DNA of 64,000 nt from Candidatus Micrarchaeota archaeon (lineage in GTDB: Archaea; Micrarchaeota; Micrarchaeia; Norongarragalinales; Norongarragalinaceae), in NCBI GenBank assembly GCA_016212375.1, contig JACRGH010000044.1, forward strand, positions 1,428 through 65,427, in the 5' to 3' direction. The position numbers were made by a program, and so were the translations under genes. Below, piece by piece: positions 10,592 to 19,585 of the stretch (the first letter of the stretch is position 1; every line of letters starts with the position of its first letter). The notes below the pieces were generated by a model that did not search any database, was not told the origin of the DNA, and saw nothing but the letters and a program-made list of their open reading frames with translations.

Positions 10592-10682
10592 TTCACACAC
10601 GCGGAGTGCCGCATGACCGAGCCTTGGCATTGGAACGGGGTCGGACCAAGGAAAATGCCAGCGCCAACTCAAATGACATCCT

Positions 10683-10760
10683 CCCCGGGCTAAAGCCCGG
10701 GGTATCCCCGCAGGGGCAAGTTAAACAGCATTTGGGACATATTGCCGGCCTAAAGGCCGG
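10683..10760 (+). repeat. Two tandem ~45-bp units, each with a perfect GC-rich palindrome (CCCCGGGC-TAAA-GCCCGGGG and CCGGCC-TAAA-GGCCGG)
   Basis: Read directly from the sequence. They lie just upstream of the signal-peptide coding region of the sixth pilin. Confidence 0.8.
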
Positions 10761-10833
10761 GGTATGGCCCAAAGCGGAAGTCAAACAAAGACAAAAACTG
10801 AAAAACAAGCACCAATCGGCCGAACCCCAACCC

Positions 10834-11637
10834 GTGATTGGCAAACGGGGCCAGGCGGCCATTTTCGACGGCATCACCTTGTTGTTGCTGGCATCGATTT
10901 CGTCAGCGTTGATTTTCAGCTTTGTCAGCGGCTATGGGGTGCAACAGGACCGGGTGTTGCGTTCCGCCTACATCCTCAACTACATGCAAAGCGTGGTCAA
11001 GGCATCCTACTACGTCGACGCATCCACCTTGAGCAAGGTGGACAACCGGGAATACGGGCTCGACAGCCGCGGAATACCACGGGTAAACCAGTTGGAAATC
11101 TACCAGGACCTCAAGGACGACTGCCAAAAACTCAGCAAATACAGCGGAAGCTTTTCCGTCTCGGAATTGCTCAAGCGGGATTTGGCGGAAAAAAAACCTT
11201 TATTGGACGACAAGTTCGACGGCACCAACGCGCTGGGCATCACGGCGTACAAATGCGCCATCAAGGAACTGATGAAGCCGTTTTGGTACTCGGGTTTTTA
11301 CTACGGGTTCGACGTGATTGATTCGGACCGCGCCGATGGCCAGACCGTGCAAGTATTGCCCAAGACAGAAGTCGTGAATTCCACCACGACGTACAGTAAC
11401 AACCGGCTGGTGACGGACTATCCGGATTTCCTCAAAGGCACGATTCCGGTCGGCCAAAACGGCATCTGCGCCAGTATCGCGCAGAACAAAGGACCGAACG
11501 GGCGGGAATTGAGCCCGGACGTGGTGACGGTGGACGTGCCGTTCAAGGTCGTCTACGTCGACTCGCTCGTGAGTCCACCGGTGCGCCAATTACGGAATTA
11601 CGCATTGGCGTTTTGCATCTGGCATCCGGCGCAGTAA
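10834..11637 (+). CDS. Pre-pilin-like protein. I favour the GTG start at 10834 (MIGKRG|QAAIFDGITLLLLASISSALIFSFV); the ATG at 10588 would give a 270-aa protein with an atypical 80-aa leader
   Basis: A canonical class III signal appears only if translation begins near 10834. The 10402-10587 part of the listed ORF overlaps the previous gene. Confidence 0.45.
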   Translation: MIGKRGQAAIFDGITLLLLASISSALIFSFVSGYGVQQDRVLRSAYILNYMQSVVKASYYVDASTLSKVDNREYGLDSRGIPRVNQLEIYQDLKDDCQKLSKYSGSFSVSELLKRDLAEKKPLLDDKFDGTNALGITAYKCAIKELMKPFWYSGFYYGFDVIDSDRADGQTVQVLPKTEVVNSTTTYSNNRLVTDYPDFLKGTIPVGQNGICASIAQNKGPNGRELSPDVVTVDVPFKVVYVDSLVSPPVRQLRNYALAFCIWHPAQ

Positions 11638-11779
11638 ACGGAAAGGCCCGGTTCCAGAAATAGAAATATGCAACGGAAACCACCAAGACAAACCGCAACT
11701 GAAGAAAAGACATAAAAAAAGTTTTCGTACCGTCGTTTTTTTCTTTTACACTGCTATCGCACTAACGATGAGCGCGGCA

Positions 11780-12943
11780 TCAGACCGGCGCCTGTTTTTT
11801 CTTCACCGGAATATCTTCCTGGCACTTCGGGCACGCGTAGGTAAACCCATCGGGACCGGGCGTGACTTTGGGCGAACAATTGGCGCACATGCCGGTGCCG
11901 CAGTACGGGCAAAATACGATGCGGGAGTTCTTTTGGTGGCACGTCGGGCAGATGGGCGGGATGGCAATCGGAACGGACGTGACTTCCTTGTCCAATTGGG
12001 CAAAGACGCTCTTGGGCGACGTAGTAGAGTATGCTTTGGAAGGGCTTTCGCCGAACAAATCGGCCATGCTGACCGAACCGGCCTTTGCCGGAACAACGTT
12101 TGCCGCAGGAATCGATTTGGATGCAGGTACCACGGATTTTGTTGGGTTTTCGTCTTTAAGCAAATCGGGCGTTTTTTGGCTCCTGGCTTCGTCTTTTTTC
12201 TTATTGGCATCGGCGGCGTCATGGAAAGACAGATAGACGTCATCCACGATTTGTTTTTCCTCGGATTCCTGCGGTTTTTGGCGCGATGCCAGGTACAACC
12301 GGCGGTGGCGGCCGGCATCCGGACTTGCCGACAAAGCAGCCGGATAATCCAGCTGCAAATCCGTCAGGATGGCTTCCACTTCCGTCTCCCGGGCCTGCTC
12401 CAGGACGCGTTTGGCCTCCTTTACGTTTTGCGTTACGGCCGGACCGGATACAAACGAGGGGTCTGCAGTGCCCGAATCGGAAGCGGAACTACCGATGGCA
12501 TCGGACAATATGCCTTTTTTACGCAAGGCATCCATTTTCGCGGCCATCTCGTTGTCTCCGGGCGGTTTTTGCTCCAGACTTTCCAATTCCTTTTGCAACA
12601 AGGCCAGGCGTTTGGTCGCCGGAACGGCCACTTCAGGTTTGTCGGATTTCCGCAAGCCGACGAACATGACGACGAACGACAAACCAGAGGCGGAAAGCCA
12701 AAAGGCGGGCCAATAGCCTTGGCCGCGAAATACGGCATCCAACCCGGTGGATACCACGTCGGCAAGGATTGCCAAAACCGCGACAAAGGCACCCAAGAGG
12801 ACGGATGCGCCCAATTTTTCCTCCTGGCTGAAAGTGCGGACGTCCGGATAGGTGTAGCGGACGGCAAGATATCCAGGCGTTATGGAACCTAGGATGATGA
12901 ACAGATAATAGGCCAATGCGGCGACGATGTCCAATTCAGCCAT
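11780..12943 (-). CDS. Membrane protein with three N-terminal transmembrane helices, a coiled-coil or disordered middle, and a C-terminal double zinc ribbon (CPTC...CPYC...CANC...CPKC)
   Basis: Hydrophobic N-terminus and a four-CxxC C-terminus; sits at the end of the pilus locus. Confidence 0.5.
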   Translation of the reverse strand: MAELDIVAALAYYLFIILGSITPGYLAVRYTYPDVRTFSQEEKLGASVLLGAFVAVLAILADVVSTGLDAVFRGQGYWPAFWLSASGLSFVVMFVGLRKSDKPEVAVPATKRLALLQKELESLEQKPPGDNEMAAKMDALRKKGILSDAIGSSASDSGTADPSFVSGPAVTQNVKEAKRVLEQARETEVEAILTDLQLDYPAALSASPDAGRHRRLYLASRQKPQESEEKQIVDDVYLSFHDAADANKKKDEARSQKTPDLLKDENPTKSVVPASKSIPAANVVPAKAGSVSMADLFGESPSKAYSTTSPKSVFAQLDKEVTSVPIAIPPICPTCHQKNSRIVFCPYCGTGMCANCSPKVTPGPDGFTYACPKCQEDIPVKKKQAPV

Positions 12944-13166
12944 AGGATAGGTTTAACGGAGACGCCATTAAAAAAGCCGGGTGCTTTAGGTTAACAACAT
13001 TAAAAATGAAAACCGCAGGGCCATCCGGATCCCACGGAAAGACCCTAAAAAAAGAACAAAACCGAAAAAGAGCAAGAAAGAAAAAAAATCAACTGAAAAA
13101 AAGCATCAAAAAGAAAACACAAAAAAACAACAAAAAAGGAAAACGTACGACGGTCGGACACCAATC

Positions 13167-13430
13167 ATGCCCCTTGAAACGTTATTGCAGGATTTATGGC
13201 CCTTGGCGCTTTTGTCCGCCATGATGGGCATCGCAATCTTTCCATTGGCCCTATTTTGCTCATTTTTGTATTCATACTTGAAAACGCGGTTCGAACAGGT
13301 GCCAAAACCGGTGTTGTTTTTCGCCGTCACCTTGCTCGGCACGTTCCTCGCCGTTTTGGTAATTTATTTGTATTTGGACCTGACGTTTGCAGACATCGTG
13401 CAAAACCTGCCGGACAACCCGGCGGCATAA
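13167..13430 (+). CDS. Small hypothetical membrane protein
   Basis: Two predicted transmembrane helices; no homolog recognised. Confidence 0.3.
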   Translation: MPLETLLQDLWPLALLSAMMGIAIFPLALFCSFLYSYLKTRFEQVPKPVLFFAVTLLGTFLAVLVIYLYLDLTFADIVQNLPDNPAA

Positions 13431-13662
13431 AGGCGCCGCCCATAATCCATAGGAAAAAGCTGGAAAATCCAGTGAAACGTTCCGGTCACCATAGCGCATC
13501 CCAAAAAAAACGTAGGGCTAAGCTGGAAAAAAAGACCATCCGGCCATAAAAATTCGCCCCTTTTCGAACCTGGTTTTTGGTCGTTTTTCGTTCCGTGCAA
13601 ATGTACAACTCCAACCCGGCCCAAGAAAGCGTATTAAATGGGCGCGCCGTGAGTATTGGCAT

Positions 13663-16600
13663 ATGCGCCGCACGCGTTTTTCCCTCTTCATTTTGATGAT
13701 GCTGGTTTTGGAAATGACCGCACCCATCGTGTGGGCCGACAGCTTCCAAAGCCGGACACAAAGCGCCATTTACTTCGCCGGAACTCCACCCGCAAGCGGT
13801 GCACCTTCCGGCAGTTCAACCTCCGGAACAACCACCACCACTGGAGGCACGGCAGGTACTGGCGCTGGAACTCCCGGCACGCCTGCAACCGGCAGCGGAA
13901 CAGGCCCCGCCGCAAGCACCCCTCCATCCGGAGCGCCGTCCACTGCCGCGTCACCCGGCACTACCACGACCGGCGGCGTTACGCCACCCGTTCCCACAAC
14001 ACGCCCGGCGTCGGCATCCAGCGGACCTGCATGCCAAATCCACTCCATGAGCGATAGCGAGCGTAACCAGTTGCACCAATTCCTGTTTTCATCGAACGGC
14101 GCATTCCGCGGGGATTCGTTCAATGATTTGTCCGATTTGGATGCCCTGGTGCAAGCGGGGGAAAAGCCGACGGACCCGTTCAGCAAGGAGCGCAAAAAAC
14201 AGGACGCGCAGACTCCGGACCCCAATGCCACCGTTGACGTGATGTCCATCGCGGGATTGGCGGGAATGGATAAAATCGGCAAGGATGAAATCGCCAAGAA
14301 ATTCGGCGTGTGGGATAGCAAGACCAACTCCATCAAGAGCAACACGAATATCCCGATTGCCGATGCCAAGAAAATCCTCGCGCAACAACCGGCCGACTCG
14401 CCGTACCAGGAAGCGTTCAGGCAAATCCAGGAGTACATCAACGGCCAGGTCAACAGCAAGGAAAAGGCCGCGGCGGAAAAAGAACAGACCAAGGAATTGG
14501 CGCCGTACGAGCGGTACAAAGTCATCATGCCCGGCTCTGGCAAGGAAGTCAGCTTGGCGGAGGTCTTTCGCGCGCAAAAAATCGACCCGGAAAGCTGTTT
14601 GCTCAAGGATGCGCACATCAACGGCCGCGTCGGGTATATCGCGATTCTGGACACCGACATCACATACGGCACCAAGAACTCGCCCCTTTTGCAAGGCAAC
14701 CAAGTCTCACCGGCCACGGGCAAACCCAATGCCGAACTGACTTCCGTGCGCGGCGGGGAAACCATCAACCAGCACGTCTACGGCCAAAGCGTGGTGGGGT
14801 ACCTGAACCTCAACGGCGGAGGCAATCTGATCGTTCCGGAATTCTACCGCGACTGGATTGTCTTCACCACGGCCTACACCAAAGCCGACTTTTATTTTTC
14901 CATGATCACCTCGATCGCCGCATTTGGCGCCATCAAGGATCTTGAAGCGGTCAAGGATATCAAGCAAAAACAGTTGCAAAACCTCAAGACGCGCGAGCCC
15001 AATCCCCTGCTTGCCGCCCAGATACGGGAACAAACCACCGGCGTGGTCCAAAAGGACGCGGCAGGACGGTATCTTCTGAAAGAAGGCGGCATACAAGTGC
15101 CCGGCGGACAGGCCGCGAGCGTGGAAATCGACAGCGCCACGAACACGCTTAAGTATTACAACACGGCCGGCGCGCACATTGCACCGGCGGACGTAGCCGC
15201 GGTTCCAGACATCGATACGGCGCTAAAAAAACAGCCGGACTTGAGTTTCCGGACAAAAGGCGGGCTTGAAAACGACATCAAGGACGCTGAATTCAACATC
15301 GACTCGCTCCGAAAAGTCAAAGGTACCCTCGAAGGACGCGTCATAACCAGTTTCATGCTCGCGGGCGGCTGGCTGGGCCCTGCCCGCATGGCGTTCAGCT
15401 TGAACAACGGTATCTTATTCCAGGCCCGAAGCCAGGCCGACGACAAATTCCTACGTTTATTGGCCAACAAGGAAGTGCTCAGCGATTTCAAGAAGGCGTC
15501 CAGTTTCTTGGCCATCGGAAAAATCGAGGAAACGGTCGCCAAATACGCCGGATTGGGCCAGACGCCTCAAAAAGCATTTTTCGCCAAGAATTTGTTGTTC
15601 CTCAATTACCCCGAATCGCAAAAGACGCCCAACTACGAATCCAGCACGGTCCTGCGAAGCGAGGACGATGGCACCATCGGCATCAACACCCGTTGGCGGG
15701 GCGGGGCGTACACGCTGAACTACGAGGATATGCGGGCGTTTGCCGACAAACAAGGACCCGAGTCGTTCACGTCATTGGCCATGGTGTCCAACAACATCCT
15801 GGCCGAACCGGCGCTGGAGGATAAGAACCTCAAATCGCTTACCGCGTTTTTCTCCGTCGCCGTCCCGTTCATTGTTACGCGGAAAATATTCCAACTGCAG
15901 GAACGCACCCTGGGCGCCGGCATCTTCCTGACTACATTGGAGTATCTGGACATCAATGAAAACTATGCCAAAGACGTCCAGTGCAACATCGATGAGTACA
16001 ATGATTTGAAAACCGCTTATCGGCAAGCATTCACCGCCAGCGCAGCGACCACAATCCTGCTTTTGTCCCGCTCATTCCTCACCCCGTTCCGCAAATTCCT
16101 TCAAACCACGGATTTTGGAAAATCCCTCGGTGCCGGCATATTGAATGTCTTGGACTACACCAACCCCGGGGATGCCTGGCGCGTGCACGTCGGGAACCGC
16201 GGCATCACCTACACCTCCAATTGCAAGGACCAGATGCAGACCATCCTGTCCTGGCAAAGCATCCCGGAACGCGTGAGCACGACGTCCAATGCCTTGGCGG
16301 ACAAGTTGCCGGCGGTCAACGACCAGTTGTCCAAAATCGGGCTGTCCAAAGTATTGGGCGCCAACGCGGAGGCGGCGCAGACCGAAGCCAAAATCAAGAA
16401 CCTAAAGGACGTGTTGAACCTGCGCGCCGTGACGCAGAACCAAGGCGGATTCGTGCGCACGCCCGAACTGCTTTACCTGCACATCGACCAATCCACATCC
16501 ATGACCAAAGGAGCGCTGTATGATTTGGTCAACAACGCATGCGGATTGCAGGACCGCATCCAAAGCAAGGACGGCCGCAGTTTGTCGTTCGGCGAAGGGT

Positions 16601-17883
16601 TGGAGGCCAACAACGCCGACGGCTCAAAGGCGCTTTCCTTCAAATCCGCCATCTGGAAATTGCGCGCATTGGCCAACAACAAAGTACAGGCGTTGGGCCG
16701 CATCATCATCCCAAACACCATCATCCAGAGCAACTTGATGGGCGGGACGGATGCGTTTGTGGAAATCGCAAGCACGGGTCAAAGCACGCTGGTCAACCCG
16801 CCCTGCGACCTGACGTCGGCCATCCGACAGCTGACCGGACGGGACATCGGGACCGACTTGACGCAGGCCATCGGCAAGGTCCGCACCGTCGAGACGTCGG
16901 AAGGGCAAGCCGGATTGCTGGATGGGCAGATTGATTACGTCGGGCGCAACGGCGTCGGCGCGTCGGTGCCAACTCCGGAAGACTTGCGAAAATCCATTAT
17001 TTCCGGCGGCCGCATCAGCGTGCGCAACAACGGACAGGCCGTCCTTTATGGCGCCACGGGAAACAGCCAACAGCCCATCGGTACCCTCAAGAGCATCATC
17101 GGTGACAGCGGGGCATTGCATTATGACCAACCCACAGGGCAAATCAGCCTCATCATCTACTCGATTTTTGAAACGTCCAACCAGAACATCCAGAATTACA
17201 ACCTGGACACGCGGGGTTCGGGGGCGCAAATCCAGGTGCAAGCCAAGCGTGGTTTTGAGGACTCGGCCAACAAATTGAACGCCGGATTGGACAAGATTGC
17301 CGGAAAGGACGGCATCACGTCGTTTGAGACCAAGGACCACATCTACTACATCACCCCGGATGGAAAGCTCAGGGTCATCGACAAGAACACGGGCAAAGCC
17401 ACGGATTACAACATCACCGGACCGATTACAAAAGACGGCAACGGCAACTTGGTCATTCCCACGGACAAGGGCGACTTCAAACTGAATTTGACCAACGAAA
17501 ACGGACAGCCGACGCTCAACGCGGAAGGGCCGGACGGCCTAAAGGAAGTGCTTGCCTTGTTGGCAGCGCGCGGCGAAAACGGCATCATGACGTTCAATCC
17601 CTCCACCGGCGCCATCAACGTGTACAACGGCCAGGACGTGCCACTTAACCCGGCGTTTGCGCAGAACGGCATCGGCTTTTCCGGCAACAAGGACGGCACC
17701 ACGTCCGGCGTCCCCGCGGATAGCCCCTTTTTCGCACCCTCGTCGAGCAGTTCGACGACCACGGATTCGGCACCGCCTAAGCTGTTCCTCCCGTCGTGGC
17801 CGGAAGAGTTGCCTTGGGCGGCACTGTTTGCGGGATTGATTTTGTTCGGAGTCGTGGCGATACGGTACCGGAAAGTCGGATAA
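13663..17883 (+). CDS. Giant secreted cell-surface protein (1406 aa). It has a signal peptide, a Thr/Gly/Pro-rich stalk and a C-terminal transmembrane anchor with a basic tail that resembles a PGF-CTERM/archaeosortase sorting signal
   Basis: N-terminal MRRTRFSLFILMMLVLEMTAPIVWA; a TTTTGGTAGTGAGTPGTPATGSG linker; C-terminal SSSSSTTTDSAPPKLFLPSWPEELPWAALFAGLILFGVVAIRYRKVG. Confidence 0.65.
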   Translation: MRRTRFSLFILMMLVLEMTAPIVWADSFQSRTQSAIYFAGTPPASGAPSGSSTSGTTTTTGGTAGTGAGTPGTPATGSGTGPAASTPPSGAPSTAASPGTTTTGGVTPPVPTTRPASASSGPACQIHSMSDSERNQLHQFLFSSNGAFRGDSFNDLSDLDALVQAGEKPTDPFSKERKKQDAQTPDPNATVDVMSIAGLAGMDKIGKDEIAKKFGVWDSKTNSIKSNTNIPIADAKKILAQQPADSPYQEAFRQIQEYINGQVNSKEKAAAEKEQTKELAPYERYKVIMPGSGKEVSLAEVFRAQKIDPESCLLKDAHINGRVGYIAILDTDITYGTKNSPLLQGNQVSPATGKPNAELTSVRGGETINQHVYGQSVVGYLNLNGGGNLIVPEFYRDWIVFTTAYTKADFYFSMITSIAAFGAIKDLEAVKDIKQKQLQNLKTREPNPLLAAQIREQTTGVVQKDAAGRYLLKEGGIQVPGGQAASVEIDSATNTLKYYNTAGAHIAPADVAAVPDIDTALKKQPDLSFRTKGGLENDIKDAEFNIDSLRKVKGTLEGRVITSFMLAGGWLGPARMAFSLNNGILFQARSQADDKFLRLLANKEVLSDFKKASSFLAIGKIEETVAKYAGLGQTPQKAFFAKNLLFLNYPESQKTPNYESSTVLRSEDDGTIGINTRWRGGAYTLNYEDMRAFADKQGPESFTSLAMVSNNILAEPALEDKNLKSLTAFFSVAVPFIVTRKIFQLQERTLGAGIFLTTLEYLDINENYAKDVQCNIDEYNDLKTAYRQAFTASAATTILLLSRSFLTPFRKFLQTTDFGKSLGAGILNVLDYTNPGDAWRVHVGNRGITYTSNCKDQMQTILSWQSIPERVSTTSNALADKLPAVNDQLSKIGLSKVLGANAEAAQTEAKIKNLKDVLNLRAVTQNQGGFVRTPELLYLHIDQSTSMTKGALYDLVNNACGLQDRIQSKDGRSLSFGEGLEANNADGSKALSFKSAIWKLRALANNKVQALGRIIIPNTIIQSNLMGGTDAFVEIASTGQSTLVNPPCDLTSAIRQLTGRDIGTDLTQAIGKVRTVETSEGQAGLLDGQIDYVGRNGVGASVPTPEDLRKSIISGGRISVRNNGQAVLYGATGNSQQPIGTLKSIIGDSGALHYDQPTGQISLIIYSIFETSNQNIQNYNLDTRGSGAQIQVQAKRGFEDSANKLNAGLDKIAGKDGITSFETKDHIYYITPDGKLRVIDKNTGKATDYNITGPITKDGNGNLVIPTDKGDFKLNLTNENGQPTLNAEGPDGLKEVLALLAARGENGIMTFNPSTGAINVYNGQDVPLNPAFAQNGIGFSGNKDGTTSGVPADSPFFAPSSSSSTTTDSAPPKLFLPSWPEELPWAALFAGLILFGVVAIRYRKVG

Positions 17884-17953
17884 AACAAAAGCAATAACAA
17901 AAAAGAAAAACAATTGCAAACGTAGCCCTGCTCCCCACAAACGTGACGTCCAG

Positions 17954-18373
17954 ATGCTCGACATCCTTCTTGCGTTAAAAGAATCCCACCGCTTCCACGC
18001 CAGCCGACTGGAGCTGCACGTCGTACCCAAGCATAAGACGCTGGGACTCAACGGCTACATTCGGTTGCGCAACTACGCCCCCCTGTCGGATAAGGCGGAG
18101 CCGGAGCGCTTTTTGGGCGAAGAAAGCAAGCAAATCAAAGCCGCCATCAAAACAGTCGTGCCAAAAGAGTGCGTCATCGAAGTCAAATTGGAGCCCAACG
18201 TCCAGCAGTTCAAAGGCGGCGCCTACTTTTTCAGCATCACGCGCACATTCAAAACCAAAAAAGAGCTGGACGAAACGTTGGCTCAGATGATTGCCGACGG
18301 CACCATCGATGAGCACATCTTCCACGTCGCGTCGAAATGGGCGGCCGAGATTTCGGGCGGGCATATGCATTGA
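17954..18373 (+). CDS. Hypothetical protein
   Basis: ORF with ordinary composition; no recognisable motif. Confidence 0.35.
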   Translation: MLDILLALKESHRFHASRLELHVVPKHKTLGLNGYIRLRNYAPLSDKAEPERFLGEESKQIKAAIKTVVPKECVIEVKLEPNVQQFKGGAYFFSITRTFKTKKELDETLAQMIADGTIDEHIFHVASKWAAEISGGHMH

Positions 18374-18474
18374 AACGCATAGGATAACTGAAAAAAAGAA
18401 TAGGAGTGGAGGAGGGGGGAGTTGCAACGGACCTTCTTTTCGAAAGAAGCGCCACCAAGAAAAATCCGATTAGA

Positions 18475-18635
18475 CCCCGAACCCCCCGAGTCTTGTTTTG
18501 CGAATCAAAATGGAGGAGGGGGGATTCGAACCCGCCGCGGGACCACAGGGGGAGCACCCCCTATAGTCCTACGTTACCCCGAACCCCCCGAGTCTTGTTT
18601 TGCGAATCAAAATGGAGGAGGGGGGATTCGAACCC
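18475..18635 (-). repeat. Two direct copies of a 59-bp tRNA-like unit (18475-18533 and 18577-18635). Each is a T-arm plus acceptor 3' strand plus a conserved trailer
   Basis: On the minus strand each copy reads GGGTTCGAATCCCCCCTCCTCCA-TTTTGATTCGCAAAACAAGACTCGGGGGGTTCGGGG. Only copy 2 has a perfectly paired T-stem (GGGGG/CCCCC). Confidence 0.6.
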
Positions 18636-18800
18636 CCGAAGGCGCTAGGCCACAGGATGGCTTACCCAAATCTGATTCGCGCACAAAAATAATTTTCTTT
18701 CTTTTGGCCGACCAGATTTTCTTTCTTTTCGGGAAAAGAAAGAAAAAATGGGCCTTAAGTCCTGCCCTTTTGGCCAGACTCAGGACACTCCTCCGCACAG
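18612..18800 (-). ncRNA. Candidate atypical tRNA-like gene. A 5' acceptor strand GGAGGAG at about 18790 would match the 3' acceptor CTCCTCC-A at about 18612, with roughly 115 nt between them. Possibly a tRNA with very large or non-canonical introns, or a split or decayed tRNA
   Basis: The acceptor strands are complementary and the T-arm is archaeal-type, but I could not fold a canonical D-arm or anticodon arm by hand. Confidence 0.25.
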
Positions 18801-18866
18801 AAGATGCCTCAAATCCGTTTTAAGCCGCTCGGTTGGCACAAAAAGAGAAGTCAAAGAAAGCCGAAA

Positions 18867-19484
18867 TCAGTAACCGCGTTTGGCTTTGCCTTTGAGCGCT
18901 TTAAGATGGCCCACGTCGTTGAGTTTGACGACGTAAACGCCGGATTTTTCCCACCATAGCTCGTTGATGCACGCGTTGGCCTGTGAGAAATGCCCGTGTG
19001 TTTTCAGCAGGATGCGGAGCAGTTCGCCGTTTAAGATGCCATGACCCGCAACAAAGACCGTTGCATTATCTGGAAGCGGCCGGATGAGCTTCAGAAACCG
19101 GCGCACACGCTTCCGGATGTCGAGCAGGCTTTCACCCCCTTTGGGCCGAAAAGCGGTCTTGCGGAAGTTCTCCTGCAACCGTGGGTCCTTCGCATACGCA
19201 TCAACAAAACGCATACCTTCCCAAACACCTTTGCCGCGCTCCATCAAATCGTCGACAAAAACGGCTTGCAGATGCGGATGATGCTTGCGCACCGCTTCCA
19301 GCGTGTCACGGGCTCGGTCCAGGGGACTGCCGAAAAAGTAATCGATTTTTTCAGTCTTCAACACCAAACCCAAAGCCTTCGTTTGGCGTTTTCCCAACGC
19401 CGACAGCCGGCCGTGGATGTGGCCCTGGAAACGCATTTCAGCGTTTTCGATGGTTTGGCCGTGGCGGACTAGCAAAATTCTCAT
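18867..19484 (-). CDS. Histidine phosphatase superfamily protein (phosphoglycerate mutase-like)
   Basis: N-terminal LVRHGQT (RHG catalytic motif). Confidence 0.7.
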   Translation of the reverse strand: MRILLVRHGQTIENAEMRFQGHIHGRLSALGKRQTKALGLVLKTEKIDYFFGSPLDRARDTLEAVRKHHPHLQAVFVDDLMERGKGVWEGMRFVDAYAKDPRLQENFRKTAFRPKGGESLLDIRKRVRRFLKLIRPLPDNATVFVAGHGILNGELLRILLKTHGHFSQANACINELWWEKSGVYVVKLNDVGHLKALKGKAKRGY

Positions 19485-19585
19485 CCAGACATCAGACCCC
19501 CGGCAACGCGTAAAAAGTTACCACAATACAGGACGATAAGACATCGTAGCAAAACCAAATTAAGGTTGCCCACGTCTTTCGAATC

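Noticed and set aside
13006-13224. A Lys-rich 72-aa ORF
   Set aside because: It is translated from a poly-A-rich spacer and is low complexity. It overlaps the variant A-rich intergenic motif and is probably non-coding.
13770-14768. A 332-aa minus-strand ORF, and several similar ones inside large genes (for example 2902-3942, 6425-7096, 16624-17340, 28659-29585, 48015-48719)
   Set aside because: They are antisense to well-supported genes (the giant surface protein, the ATPase, the platform protein, L3, the hydrolase). They have Pro/Arg/Ala-rich, low-complexity translations typical of shadow ORFs in GC-rich DNA.
18475-18635. A possible CRISPR array
   Set aside because: There are only two repeat copies, the spacing is 102 bp, and the repeat content is tRNA-like (a T-arm and acceptor end). 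It is not CRISPR.
18406-18823. Two plus-strand ORFs (80 and 133 aa) across the tRNA-like repeat region
   Set aside because: Their sequences are repeat-driven (the duplicated PRVLFCESKWRRGDSNP segment) and overlap tRNA-like structure, so they are unlikely to be proteins.
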